This document shows positions 14,198-27,440 of a stretch of DNA of 64,000 nt, one piece after another. Under the pieces are notes generated by a model, which had not been told where the DNA came from, did not search any database, and was given only the letters and a program-made list of their open reading frames with translations. Source of the DNA: Prorocentrum cordatum. Lineage: Eukaryota. Numbering within the stretch: position 1 is the first letter of the stretch; the number at the start of each line of letters is the position of its first letter. A program made the translations under genes and the position numbers. The stretch spans positions 2,666,001 through 2,730,000 of the forward strand of contig CAUYUJ010000001.1 of assembly GCA_963575745.1 (NCBI GenBank), in the 5' to 3' direction.

Positions 14198-14232
<35 letters not shown>

Positions 14233-14479
14233 TGTCTTCCTGCTCCTGCTCCTCGCCCTGCTCCTCCTCCCCTCCTCTGCGGCAGCAGGCATCTGGATTG
14301 TCAATGAACGTGTTCAGACACAGCCCCGCCGCAGGCGCCGATGTGCTGTTGTAGAGTCAACGTGGGCCGGATCGGGGGAATGGCACGAGAGCGCTTTCCC
14401 AAACCAATTCGAGCAAGCCCGCCGCAGGCGCCGATTTGCGTGCTCTGACAAGCTCAGCGCGGGAGGGATCGCTGGTGGG

Positions 14480-15312
14480 CCACCCGGAACGAATGCAAAA
14501 ACAGCCCGCCGCAAGCGCCGAATTTGTTGGCTTGTTCAGTGAACGTAGTTTGGGTCGCGGGTGGGTCGCGGGCTCTCCACCTCCACCTGGAACGCATTCA
14601 AAAACAGCCCGCCACAGGCGCCGAAAATTTTGATTTGTATACTGAACGCGGTGTGGGTCGCGGATGGGTCGCAAGTTCTCCACCTGGAACGAATGCAAAA
14701 GAAGACCGCCGCAGGCACCGAAAATTTTGGGTGGGTCGCGGGGTGGGTCGCGGGTGGGTCGCGGGTGGGTCGCGGTGGGTCGCGGGCGCGGTTTGGGTCG
14801 CGGGTGGGTCGCAGGTTCTCCACCTGGAACGAATGCAAAAGAAGCCCGCCGCAGGCGCCGAAAATTTTGGGTGGGTCGCGGGGTGGGTCGCGGGTGGGTC
14901 GCGGGTGGGTCGCGGGCGCGGTTTGGGTCGCAAGTTCTCACCTGGAACGAATGCACAAGAAACCCGCCGCAAAACGCCGAAAATTTGGGTGGGTCGCGGG
15001 GTGGGTCGCGGTGGGTCGGGTGGGTCGTCGGGGGGTGTCTCGGTGTGGGTCGCGGGCGGGTCGCGGGGTGGGTCGCGGGGTGGGTCGCGGGTGGGTCGCC
15101 GGTGGGTCGCGGGTAGGTCGTCGGGGGGGGTCTCGGTGTGGGTCGCGGGCGGGTCGCGGGATGGGTCGCGGGTGGGTCGCGGGTGGGTCGCGTGTGGGTC
15201 ACGGGTAGGTCGCGGGGTGGGTCGCGAGGTGTGTCGCGGGGTGGGTCGCGGGTGGGTCGCGGGTGGGTCGTGGTGGGTCGCGGGTGGGTCGCGGGGCGGG
15301 TCGCGGGTGGGA
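14480..15312. repeat. (GGGTGGGTCGC)n minisatellite interleaved with a CCACCTGGAACGAATGCAAAA...GCCGAAAATTT unit
   Basis: Longer unit seen ~5 times between 14480 and 14990. Confidence 0.9.
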
Positions 15313-15325
15313 CGACGACAGCAAC

Positions 15326-15357
<32 letters not shown>

Positions 15358-15359
<2 letters not shown>

Positions 15360-16513
15360 CATTTTACCCGAACGCTCAGTGTTCTCACCAGTGCCAGGGT
15401 TTTCATGCGACGCGAGACAATACCCCCACTTCGTGGGGGGGCAGTTCAAGCTCTACCAAATATCCAAACGACTCTTCGCGACCACCCAAACCCAGCTTCC
15501 CGCCCTATGACGTTGGGACACTTCACTTCGTGGCGTGCGGACGACCGTGGCTACTACACTGGCGTGGGGTACACACCCACAGAACTTGGTCACTTATTCG
15601 GGGCGCGCGTGTGCCCAGCATCCTGCAATTGTGACATACAATACATGACACAGACAGACAGAGAGAGAGACAGAGAGCAGACAGAGAGAGAGACAGAGAG
15701 AGCGGAGTTGGTCACATTTTTGGGGCAAGTTCCTGAGATCGTCGTGTTTTTTGTTGGTCTTGCGCGCGCGAATGTCCACTTTACTTTTTTTTGCAAGGGA
15801 GTATTGAAATTTGATTATGTTAGAACAAGAAAAAGTAGCTCGCGCGAGCTCATGTAACATAAATGTTGAAAAACCATTGGTTTTGTGGGAGTCGGACAGC
15901 GCGCGCGGGATGAAATTTGGACATTTTTTTTTGAAAAACCATTGGGTTTTTGATGTTTTTATGTTGAAATCGTTACGAAACCTAAGGTTCTGGAAGGATT
16001 TCGTCTTGCGCGCGCGAATGTCCACTTTACCTTATTTTTTGCAAGGGATTATTGAAATTTGATTATGTTAGAACAAGAAAAAGTAGCTCGCGCGAGCTCA
16101 TGTAACATAAATGTTGAAAAACCATTGGTTTTGTGGGATTCGGACAGCGCGCGCGGAAGGACATTTTGACAATTTTTTCTTAAAAAACCATTGGGTTTTT
16201 GACGTTTTTATGTTAAAATCGTTACGAAACTAAGGTTTTGGAAGGATTTCGTCTTGCGCGCGCGAATGTCCACTTTACCTTATTTTTTGCAAGGGATCTT
16301 GAAATTTGATTATATTAGAACAAGAATGTCATTTTATAGTGTTTTTTGCAAGGGAAAACGGATTACAACAAAACAACCGGATCCGGACACAATCCACTTT
16401 TCTGAAGCTTTCGCGAAAAAATGATGAAAATGTAGCTGCGGCCTAGGCGCGGCGCAGAGGTCGCGCACCAGGGGTCCCAACAATAATTATTCTTAAGAAG
16501 AAATAATGTTCAA
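15358..16513. mobile_element. Interspersed module family A, copy 1 (bounded by (CAA)n), with an internal ~247-bp tandem duplication
   Basis: Homologous to 18160-18928; TCTTGCGCGCGCGAATGTCCAC recurs at 15758, 16004 and 16252. Confidence 0.7.
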
Positions 16514-16577
16514 CAGCAACAACAACAACAACAACAATAACACCAACACCAACACCAACAACAACAACAACAACACC

Positions 16578-16623
<46 letters not shown>

Positions 16624-16822
16624 CAAAACAACAACAACAACAACAACAACACCAACAACAACAACAACACCAACACCAACAACAACAACAACAGCACCAA
16701 CACCAACAACAACAACACCAACACCACCAACAACAACAACAACAACAACACCAACACCACCACCAACAACAACAACGACAACAACAACACCAACACCAAC
16801 ACCAACACCAACAACAACAACA

Positions 16823-18010
16823 ATCATGTTAAGACTGTTCGCCCTTACTTGCCCGCGTACCATGCAACGTGTATACCCACGCCCTCGATACCCGCCCCCT
16901 TCGTCTTCGAGCGTACCCCTTTCTGGGGGGATTATTTTTTTTTGCGGGGGCGGGCGGGCTTACACAAGCGGGCGTGAACGGGCGGGGAAGTATTCGGAGG
17001 ATGGGGCACGCATCTCTTTGCCCACCATTGGAATTAGCGCGGGCCCTGCAAGAAGAGGAAGGGGGAGAACGCGGGAGAGTGGGAGGAAGGGACGGGGAGG
17101 GACGAGGCTAAAGGGGAACACGCCAGGAGAGAGGGGGCGAGGAGGGGGGGGGGGGACGATGGGAGATAGAGAGACAGAGGAGGGAGGAAGGAGGAGGCTG
17201 GAGAGGGGAGGGCGAAGAGAGGAGGGAGGAGGGTTATGGGAGGAGGGTGAGGGGAGAGAGGAAGAGGGAGGAGGAGGGTGGATATGAGGGGGAGGGGAGG
17301 GAGGAGGGAGGTTGTATGGGGAGGAAGGGGCAGGAGGGTAAGAGTGTGAACGTTCGAGGAAGTCCCAGGCGAGGGCGTATTCCTCAAGGAAGAGTTGGGC
17401 GGGAGCGGGGGTCCCGAGTACATTGTCGGACGTCTCAGGCGGGAGCGCCGGTCGGGCGGGCGGACCCTGACGGGCGGGTCGGGCGGGCGGGACATTCAAA
17501 CGGGATTTTTGCGTAAATTGCGAGGAAATATTAAGCGAGAGCGCGATTCCTAAGTAAGTTGCGAGGGCGTCCTTGGCGCGAGCGTGGTTCCTGAGCGTCG
17601 AGAACGCGATGCTGCAATAAATTGCGAGGTAGTCCTAAGCGAGAGCGCCATTCCTGAGTAAATTATGAAGAAGTCTCGGGCGGGAGCAGGGGTCCTGATT
17701 AAGGAAGTCTCCAGCGGGAGCGCCGCTTCTGAATAAAATGTGAGAGCGTCTGAAGCGGGAGCGCCCTTCCGGAGTAAATTTTGAGGAAGTCTCAGGCGGG
17801 AGCGGGGGTCCTGAGTAAATTGTGAGGAAGTCTCAGGCGGGAGCCGATGTTGTTGTAGTCCGGGGCCCAACAACGCAATCTGATCCGCAAGGCTTTCCCT
17901 GTCACAAAAACAGGGTGCGAGCCCTGGAGGAAGCACTTCAATTGAAAAAACCAATGGGCACCGGACAGGGGGGATCAACAACAATTATTCTTCAGAAGTG
18001 AGAGTTCATC
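16823..18010. mobile_element. Interspersed module family B, copy 1
   Basis: Left end (ACTGTTCGCC) and right ~450 bp shared with 18993-20306; G/A-rich interior. Confidence 0.65.
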
Positions 18011-18073
18011 AACAACAACAACACCAACAACAACAACAACAACAGCAACAGCAACAACAGCAACAACACCAAT

Positions 18074-18113
<40 letters not shown>

Positions 18114-18159
18114 CCAACAGCAACAACAACAACACCAACAACAACAACAATAACAACAA

Positions 18160-18928
18160 TTACTAGCACGTGGGGACACACCGTTCTCACCAGTGCCAGG
18201 GTTTTCATAGGAGGCGGGCAATACCCCCACTTTGTGGGGGGGCCGGTTCAAGCTCTACCAAATTTCCAAACGACTCTTCGCCACCACCCACACCCAGCTT
18301 CCCGCCCTATGACGTTCGGACACTTCACTTCGTGGCATGCGGACGACCGTGGCTACTATTCAGGGCCCCGCGGCCGACGACGACGGCGTGCGCGCGCGAA
18401 GAAAAAACGAATGTGTCCCGCATGGTATTATTTGACAGGGATGATGGCCCTGGCAGGTGCGCAACCGTTGTTGCAGAAGTTCGAAAAAGTTGCTCGCAAA
18501 AGCCCGTTTGACAGAAATGATTAAAAAGTGTTGGGTTTCCTACGAATCCGCAAGAGCGCGCGGGATGAAATTTTGACATTTTTGTGTTTGAAAAACCATT
18601 GGTTTTTTTTTTGATGTTTTTATGTTAAAATCGCTACGAAAACTAAGGTTTTGGAAGGATTTCGTCTTGCGCGCGCGAATGTCCACTTTACCTTATTTTT
18701 GCAAGGGATTCTTGAAGTTTGGTTATGTTAGAACAAGAAATGTCCACTTTAGCTTATTTTTTGCAAGGGGAAACCGATCGTAACAACACAACCTGATCCG
18801 GACCAACCCGTTTTGCCTGAGACTTCCTCACGAAAATGATGAAAATGAGGCTGCGGCCTAGGCGCGGCGGGGGGGTCGTGCACCAGGGGTCCCAACAATA
18901 ATTATTCTTTAGAATTAATAATGTTCAA
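18160..18928. mobile_element. Module family A, copy 2
   Basis: GTTCTCACCAGTGCCAGGGTTTTCAT... through GCACCAGGGGTCCCAACAATAATTATTCTT shared with copy 1. Confidence 0.7.
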
Positions 18929-18992
18929 CAACACCAACAACAACAACAACAACAACAACAATAGCAGTACTAATAACAACAACAACACTAAC

Positions 18993-20306
18993 AATCAGTT
19001 TAATACTGTTCGCCATTTATTGCTCGAGTGTCCAATAACGCCTATTTCCCAAACCCTCGGTACCCGCCCTCTTCGTTTTCGATCGAACCCCTTTTGGAGA
19101 ATATACCTTTCTTCCCTGCAGGCCGGGCCCCGGCAAACGGCGGGGCGGCCGCGGACCGTCGGCCTGGCCAGCGGCAGGGCTGATCGGCGGGGCGGCCGCA
19201 AACCGTCGACCCGACCCCAAGAGGGACGGACAGGGGACCGACCACGACGACGACGACGACGACGTCGACGACGACGGCGACGACGACGACGACGGCGACG
19301 CCGACGACGAGCGAAAGCGAAAGAGAACGACAGCAGGGCCACAAGGACACGAAGTAGGCCACGAAGGGCAACAGCGGGGACACGAAGGGAATGCGTATGG
19401 GGCCACGAAGAGAGCGAAGGAGCGGGGGCCACGAAGGGCAGATAATGCGGGGCCACAGAAAGCAACGATGGGGTCACTGAGGGTAGCAACTGGGCCACGA
19501 AGGGCATACATATATGGGGCCACGAAGGGCAGCGAGGGGGCCACGAAGGGATGCAACGGGACCACGAAGGGCAGCGCGGGGGCCACGAAGGGCTGCAACG
19601 GGGCCACGAAGGGCTGAAAGGGGGCCACGAAGGGCAGCGAGGGGTCCACGAAGGGCTGCAAGGGGGCCACGAAACAAAGCGAGGGGGCCACGAAGGACTG
19701 CAACGGGGCCACGAAGGGCAGCGAGGGGGCCACGAAGGGCTGCAACGGGGCCACGAAGGGCAGCGAGGAGGCCACGAAGGGCTGCAAGGGGGCCACGAAA
19801 CAAAGCGAGGGGGCCACGAAGGGCTGCAACGGGGCCACGAAGGACAGCGAGATCCGGATTCCTATGTAATCTGTGAGGGAGTCCTCAGCGTGAGCGCGAC
19901 TCCTGGGTGCCTGGGTGTCGGCAGCGCGGCGCGTAAGTAAATTGCAAGAAATTCCAACGCAAGGGCGCTATTCTTCAGTAAATTGCAAGCAAGTCTCCAG
20001 CGAGAGCGCGACTCCAGAGCGCCGGGAGAATAAATTCTAAGGAGGTCCCAAGCGAGAGCGCGATTCCTGAATAAAACGCGCGGAAGTCTCGGGAGGGAGC
20101 GGGGGTCCTGGCTAAATGGTGAGGAAGTCTCAGGCGGGAGCCGTTGTTGTTGTAAACCGGGGGCCAACGACACAGTTTGACCCTCAAGACTTTCCCTGAT
20201 GAAAAACAGGGTACGAGCCCGGGGAAGGGCACTTCAATCGGAAAAAAACAATGTGCACCGGACGGGGGGGATCAACACTAACTATTCTTCAGAAATGAGG
20301 GTTCAA
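18993..20306. mobile_element. Module family B, copy 2, with an internal 21-bp minisatellite (GGGGCCACGAAGGGCTGCAAC-like, ~19335-19845)
   Basis: Ends homologous to 16823-18010; interior different. Confidence 0.65.
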
Positions 20307-20350
20307 CAACAACAACAACAACAACCACAACCACAACCACAACCACAACC

Positions 20351-20388
<38 letters not shown>

Positions 20389-20630
20389 AGCAACAAGGAT
20401 CCGCATCGCGGAATTCCACTTCGACCACGCACCCAGGGACAGTGAATGACCGTTCGGTTCAGCCCCCTCGCTCTGATATTGGATTGGTGGACAAACCTTT
20501 CCCTAATCATGTGAAGGCTGGTGTATTGATTAGAGATACTGCGAGGGGGTAGGGCGGAGGAGCCACGACCACGACCACCACGACGACGACGACGACGAAG
20601 ACGACGACGACGACGACGAGACGACGACGA

Positions 20631-20697
<67 letters not shown>

Positions 20698-20818
20698 GCG
20701 ACGGCGGCGGCGGCGGCGGACGGCGGCCGATGATGACGAAATCCTGGCAGACATATCGAGAGCCCTAGTTGATCACCCCCTCCCGGTTGCCAGGGCCGCT
20801 GGGGGGTGGGGATGGCTA

Positions 20819-21006
20819 CGGCAGGTTCGTGTCGTGCCGACCCCAGCGTTGGTTTTTGACACCGCAGGGATCATTCAACCTTGAACGATCGGCCGCTGCC
20901 GCAACGTCCGATCGTTCAACATCGATCGATTCTGGGTCGCCGGCGGCGTTCAATGTTGAACGCCAGCGTCGGGGTCGCCGCTGGTCGACACGACGCAAAC
21001 CTACCG
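20819..21006. mobile_element. 188-bp MITE with ~24-bp TIRs and TA on both sides (Tc1/mariner-type), copy 1
   Basis: CGGCAGGTTCGTGTCGTGCCGACC ... GGTCGACACGACGCAAACCTACCG; near-identical second copy at 35689. Confidence 0.85.
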
Positions 21007-21904
21007 TAGTTGATCACCCCCTCCCGGTTGCCAGGGCCGCTGGGGGGTGGGGATGGCTACACGTCGGTCGGAAGAAGTAGGTAAAAACATGAAGTAGGAA
21101 GGCGGATTAAGTTGATTGGGTCCAGGCCCCCCCAGAGAATAACAAAACACAGCAAAAGCGTGCCGATTCTTGAAGTAGGAAGGCGCTTGAAGTAGATTGG
21201 GATCTATACATCCAAAAATACCTACTTTCAACGACCAGCGTGTACATCAAACAGACGCTCTGGCCACCAGCCCTGAAGCTCCGAAGGAGGAGGGAGGGAA
21301 GGGCAGCGCTGCAAGGGGGATGGGGGGGGGGCAGGAGAGATTGAGGCAGGGGACGTGGGGATATAGCGGGCGGAGCAGGGGGAGAAACGGCGAAGGAGGG
21401 TGGAAGAGGGAACTGGAGCAGGAGGAGCAGGAAGGTGGTGGAGGTACAGGACTAGGATTAGGTCGGGCGTGTCCCCCTACAGTCGGATTTTGGACGAGAA
21501 ATGAAAAGTAGCTAAACAAATACTCCAACTTGGGCAAACATCGGAGGTTGGGGGGTGAGATCGAAAGGGAACGGAGAGCCCCCCACCGGGAAATCGGTTT
21601 CGGTTTCGTGTTCGTGCGTGCCGTGCGTGCGGGCGAGGCGAAGCTGCGTGGGCGGACGAGAGGGAAGTCTCCTGTGGCTGAGGCGCGGCCGGACCAAATG
21701 ATTCCCCCCCCCCCGGCAAACGGGGCCGCCCAGTGTCCCGCGCGGTGTCCCGCCGGTGTCCCGCTGGTGCCCTGGTAAGTCTCCTGTGGCTGAGGCGCGG
21801 CCAGACCAAATGTTTCCCGACCAGCAAACGGGGCCGCGCGGTGTCCCGCCGGTGTCCCGCCGGTGTCCCGCTGGTGTCCTGGTGTCCCGCTGGTGCGAAA
21901 ACGA

Positions 21905-22335
21905 CAGTGAGACCGATAGTGAGATCGATTGTGAGATCGCTTGTGAAATCGATAGTGAGATCGATAGTGAGATCGATCGAGTGAGATCGATGGTGAGGTC
22001 GATTGTGGGATCGATAGTGAGAGCGAAAGTGGGATCTATGGTGAGATCGATTGAGTAAGATCGATAGTGAGATCGATCGAGTGGGATCGATAGAGAGATC
22101 TATAGTGAGATCGATAGTGAGATCGATGGAGTGATATCGATAGTGAGATCGATAGTGAGATCGATGGAGTGATATCGATAGTGAGATCGATAGTGGGATC
22201 GAAAACGAGATCGACAGTGAGATCGACAGTGAAATCGATCGAGTGAGACCGATAGTGAGATCGATCGAGTGAGATCGATAGTAAGGTCGATCGTGAGATC
22301 GATCGTGGGATCGATAGTGAGACCGATAGTGAGAT
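21905..22335. repeat. (GATCGATAGTGA)n 12-bp minisatellite
   Basis: Direct reading. Confidence 0.95.
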
Positions 22336-22846
22336 GAACATCGAAATGCAAATCGAAATGCACCGAAAGGCTCCCAAGAGGCACCCAAGAGGCCCCCAAG
22401 AGCCCCCCAAGAGGCCCCCAGGAGCCCCCCAAGAGGTCCAAAAGACGCGCCCAGACGGCCCCCCAAGCCCTTGTAAAATGAACAAACAAAAATATTATGT
22501 CATTAGTTCCCGGGGGGGGGGGAACTAAACAACTCGACACCAAGGCTCCCAAGAGCGAGCGGCAACGCAACAATCTCCACTGGCATCGTCAGAACAACAA
22601 TCACCACTGTTGTCCATTGCTGGCCCCCTCCCCCCCCCCAACCTCCTTATCACCCGCAGGGTGGTCGTATAGGTAATCAAAACATCGTCCCCTGATTATT
22701 TTGACTTCTTTGGAATACTCCCCCTGCAGAGGGACAGGCCCGACTCAGGACCAGGAGGATGACGCTGCTCCCTGCTCCCGCGGCCAAGCAAGACCGCGTG
22801 CCCAGCGGCGGGGGCCCGCTCCATGGCACGCGGCCGGGCGAGGCGC

Positions 22847-22907
22847 CTTCTGCTCCGCCAGGGAGTGCTGCTCCCGCGAGATCTCGGCGCCGAGCATCGA
22901 CACCGAC
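22847..22907 (-). CDS. Putative host exon (SVSMLGAEISREQHSLAEQK)
   Basis: CAG|G acceptor (phase 2), AAG|GC donor; EISRE resembles ELARE in the other exons. Confidence 0.6.
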
Positions 22908-24733
22908 CTGGCCGCCGCGAGCCCCTTTCCTATCCTCTGCGACGGCAGGAAGGAGGCCGAGGACGAAACGTCGGAGGAAGGAGGGCCATCGGGAGCACGA
23001 GCTGACGCACGGTCGGGATCATGAGGAGTGGACGCAGGGGCAGGAGCAGAGGCACGAGGGGGGACGGGGAGGAAAGGACGACGAGGAGGGCGAGAATGAC
23101 GAGGCGAGGAAGCGTGGCGGAAGGGGGATGGGGAGGAGGGGATTGAGGAGGACAATTGGGGGGGATGAGTCAACATCATGAGGATGATGGTGAGGATGGC
23201 GAGGCGGCGGCGGCGGCGGCGTAACTGCACATGTCCCTGTCAGCTGGGCATTAGAAGGAGGTGGAGGCAGGGCGCGTATGGGCAATACGCCAACGTCGGT
23301 GTCGAGAAGGGCCGGGGTCCCCACCCCAACGATCGATTGGGGACTCCCCGACCGCAGCGCAGGACACACAGCCGGACCCCAGCAGAGGGGACAACGAAAG
23401 GGGAACGACGGAGGAAAGAACGCCGGGCGGGAGGAGGGGAGAGGCCACGGAACAGGAGAGCACACGCAGAACCTGCAGAGGGCACAGCCGCGGAAGAGTG
23501 GCAGGCGAGAAGAAGCAAGCAGCACATGGAGGGGGGGGCTGACTGAACAAATTCTGTGCCCAAGAAAATTTGAGAGACAGTCTCTCTCAGCAAGAACTAC
23601 GCATGTACATTCGATTCAACACAATCGCGCACAACAGAGATCAGGCACGGAGCAAAAGGGGTCGTCGGCCACGGCCTCCGCCACCGGCCCTCCCTGTGAC
23701 TCCTCGTCCTCGACGTTTCGCACATGGGGGGTTCCATTCTCCTTGAAACGCCACTCTCCCGCGCTCAAGAGCGGATCCAAGGAAAGAGGGGGGGGGCAGG
23801 CCGGAGGGGCGGAGGAGGAGCAGAGGAAGAGGCAGAGACGGCAGAGACTGGGGTGGATCCAATCCTAGGCTTCTCTCCTCGCCGCGACGATGGCGGCGGG
23901 CTCCTTTGAGCATATTCTCGAATGAATGATGAATCCTACGCCCTCCGAATGGTTTTCGGACGTGGGGCCGACTTCGCTGTACTCCCGGGCGCCAGGAAGA
24001 GCTGACTGATCGCGGCATTCATAGAATGTGCACTGCGCCTGACCACAGTGGGACCACTCCAGAGTCAGGGCGTTCCACTTCACCATTTCACACGAGATCT
24101 AGGAAGTGTCACGCTTGCCACTCTTACCTGCGTGGTGTGTGTGCTGCGTACATGTGCTGTATGTCTGCTGTGCGTATGTGCTGTCAGCGCTATTGCAGAT
24201 GAGAAGGAGAAGGAGAAGGAGATGGAGAGGAGGGAGTTGAGTATGATGCAGTCAATGGGCACTCCAGGTGTGCGGCTGTCTGCATGTGGATGTCAGATCG
24301 CCTGATGCACGCGAGCGCTAGGAAGTGTCACGCCTGCCACTCCTACCTGCGCGTGGTGTACATGCGTGCTGTGTACATGTGCTGCATGTATGGTGTGCAC
24401 ATGTGCCGAGAAGGAGGATGAGGAGGGGTGAGGAGAAGATGCGGGTGTGACGCGGGTGGAAAGAAAACAAGAACCCCGCGAAACATGCTGGGATAAACAG
24501 AACTTCCCTTAGCATACAGGTCCTCCCCGACATGCTGCTGCCGTTGCCAAGGACACGCTCCAGCTCCTCGCCTGCATCCCGGGTACGCGTTCCCTCCAGA
24601 CAACAGATATGATATGGCTTCCCTGGGGCACGGAGTGAAGGCTCGGCGTCTTGACCGTAGGGATAGCGGGAGTGTCGAAAGCACCGAGGCCAACCGACGG
24701 GCCCTGCTTCATGCTCTTGATCCCCAAGCTAGA

Positions 24734-24970
24734 GGCCTCCTAGATGGGGTCGGAGTAGGTGGGGTCGGAGGATGGCGCCGCATCGACGATACATCGGCGA
24801 TGCATCGGCGATGCATCGGCGATGCACCAGCGATGCATCGTCGACGTCAGCGATGAATCGGCGACGTCGACGCGAAGCAAATCGGGCTCCACATCGAGCC
24901 GCATCGGCGATGCATCGGCGATGCGGCGCGCTCCTTCGACCCCATCTGCTCCGACCCCACCTAGGAGGCC
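24734..24970. mobile_element. MITE with 34-bp TIRs enclosing an (GCATCGGCGAT)n minisatellite
   Basis: GGCCTCCTAGATGGGGTCGGAGTAGGTGGGGTCG versus the right-arm reverse complement shows 3 mismatches; TAGA on both sides. Confidence 0.75.
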
Positions 24971-25689
24971 TAGACAAGCTCCTATCTTCGACCGCACCCG
25001 GGCGGGGGCCCAGGGCCGCCCTCTGCTTCCCGCCCCAACTCCAGCCCCGAGGTGCCAACCACACTGCGTGACAACGAAGCGCCGATCTCGGACCCCCGCT
25101 CGCTTGCAACGCCCAACCGCATCACGAAGGGCCTCGAAGGCGAGGGAACGCCAGCTGGCACTCCTCAGGATTAAGGATGACACCTTTCCCACGACCAGCG
25201 TCGCCCATGCTCCGCGGCAGGCGGTGCTCCGCGTGGCGCGTGCTCGAGCGGCGCCGCCCCCCCGCAGCGCTGTCGCCGTGGCTGCCGCCGTTGGCCTCGT
25301 CGTCGCCGTCGTCGCCGTCGCCGCCGCCGTTGGTCGCCGTCCGACGACGACAACGACGACGACGACGACGACCAAAGCTTCCCACTTAAGGATGCGCAAC
25401 ATGCTAGGTAAGACGGTGATCAAGTCAACGCCAGTGGCTCTGAGATCACCGGCGAACGCATCTGGCACGAGCGGCGCAGAGGTGGGCAAGCTGCCGGAGG
25501 CGGCGGCGAACAGGGTCAAAGCAGATGCTGAAGACGAGGATGCCGTTCAACGGGCAGCCCTGCTCCTCCTCCTCCTCCTCCTCCTCCTCCTCCTCCCTCC
25601 TCCTCCTCCTCCTCCTCCTCCTCCTCCTCCTCCTCCTCCTCCACCTTCTCCTCCCCCTGAATGCCGTCCCCAACCATGATGGGGCGCTT

Positions 25690-26155
25690 CTGGGAGCCAT
25701 GAAATACCCCCTACATCATGCAGTCAGCATATAACGCCTGGACCGCAGAGATACTAAGCCCGGGGATGCCCAAGGCCCTCGAGACAGCCCATAGAAAGAA
25801 CATGATGGACGGAAGGGAACGCGGCTGACAGGTCGAACATGGCCGACCCTGCATTTTTACAGACACACATTCCAGACCAGATAGCCAGGTTAGCGTCGAC
25901 CTCCAGACTGCGATCCAGGAGTTGCATTCCTTTCATGAACCCCTCTGGGCCCCGCTAGCCTTATCCTCCGCGACTTTCGCCAGTGGGGCGGCAAGGGCGG
26001 AGCTGAGCAGCTTGTTGTCGCAACTCGATAGAGACAACGGGCGCGCGCAGGCAGGCTGACGGGAAACGATATCGCCAGCGGGGCCATCGCCATTCGGTAG
26101 AAATGCGGCAGCACAGGCGTTAAAACAATCAGGGGCCATGCCGTCGTTCACTAGC
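25690..26155 (-). pseudogene. Degenerate LINE reverse-transcriptase fragment (LINE-B-like)
   Basis: Two frames join to read FLP...RPLSLSSCDNKL...AQRG/FMKG...FDLSAAFPSV, paralleling LINE-B RVLGLRNCDIKL...QRGF...LDFGQAFPSL. Confidence 0.8.
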
Positions 26156-26519
26156 TAGGGGGAGGGGGGAGTGGAGGAGGGCCAGTGTAAACCCAAAACG
26201 CCGATTTTGAATTACACGCCCTCCCCTTCCAAGATCCCTTTTCACAGACCCCAACGAAGGGTTATTTCAACCGATGGAATTGCCCCGTCGGGGGGCAACC
26301 GCGTGAACATCTTGAGGCGCGCCAAAGCGCCATTCTCAGGACTTCAACACCACGAGTGAACCTGACTGCTGCGCCTTGGGGATCCGGAATCACGCAAGAA
26401 CGCCGTTCCCAGGGCTTCAGCACCGCGAATCAACGCAACGATTGCGCCCTGATGCTCCACAAACGTTCCTAAACACCGTGCCCGCTGCGTTAGCCATGAA
26501 AACAAATGGAACTCTTACA

Positions 26520-27185
26520 ATTGTTTAAGACGAGCGCGTGCGGAGCTACAGCGAGAGCCATATGTTGAAAGCGACCCGCCCTCAATCAGTGAAACTCGGG
26601 CAATTTTGCACAAAGAATATGCGGGGCGCTAAGGCGAAAACCACATGTTGAAAACGACCTGCTCGCAATCCTTGAAGCTCTCGCATTTTGTTTGGAACGA
26701 GCTCGCGCGGAGCTTAGGCGAGAACAACATTTTGACACCGACCCGCCTTCAGTCCGCGAAATCTTGTTACTTGCAAAACAATTGCGCGCGGCCCGAATGC
26801 GAGAACCACTTTTAAAGAACGGCCCGCCCTCAATCCGCGAAACACTTGCGATGTTGTAAAACCAATGCGCGCGGCGCCCATACGAAGGCCTCGTTTTGAA
26901 AACAGCCCGCCCTCAACCCGCTAGGCTCCTGCAGCTTTGCAAACGAATGCGCGCGGCGCTAAGGCGAGAACCGCATGTTGAAAACGACCCGCCATCAATC
27001 CAATAAGCTCTTGCAAACTTATGTACGGAATGCGCGCGGCGCAAAGGTGGGACCGCATCATGAACACAACCCGCCCTCAATCCGTTCAGCTCTCGCACAT
27101 TTTAAAACGAATGTGCGCGGAACCGAGAGGAGACCCACATTTTGAAAACGACCCGCCTTCCACCTGTGCAAGCGCTGCCAACTTG
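26520..27185 (-). repeat. ~83-bp satellite, ~8 diverged copies (same family as 2460-2695)
   Basis: Recurrent GCGCGGCGCTAAGGCGAGA...GAAAACGACCCGCC. Confidence 0.85.
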
Positions 27186-27418
27186 TAAGCATCAGGGTCG
27201 CAGGAGGCGAGGAAGGCTCGACCGAAACGCCTGGCTCGCCCGTTCCGCCGGCCTCGGGGCGCGACAGGGAGGAGTTATCTATCAGGAAAAGGAATGGAGG
27301 AGGAGGTTGGGGAGGAGGAGGAGGAAGAGGAGGAGGAGAAGGAAAGGGAGGAGGAGGGGGGGGGAGGAGCAGGAGGAGGGGGAGGAGGAGGAGGACGACG
27401 AGGAGGAGGAAGAGGAGG

Positions 27419-27440
27419 TCCGTAGCCATTTTGGCTCAAG
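27419..27440 (+). other. Exact dinoflagellate spliced-leader exon (DinoSL) at LINE-A 5' end
   Basis: TCCGTAGCCATTTTGGCTCAAG matches the DCCGTAGCCATTTTGGCTCAAG consensus; no GT SL-intron follows, so it is not an SL RNA gene. Confidence 0.97.
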
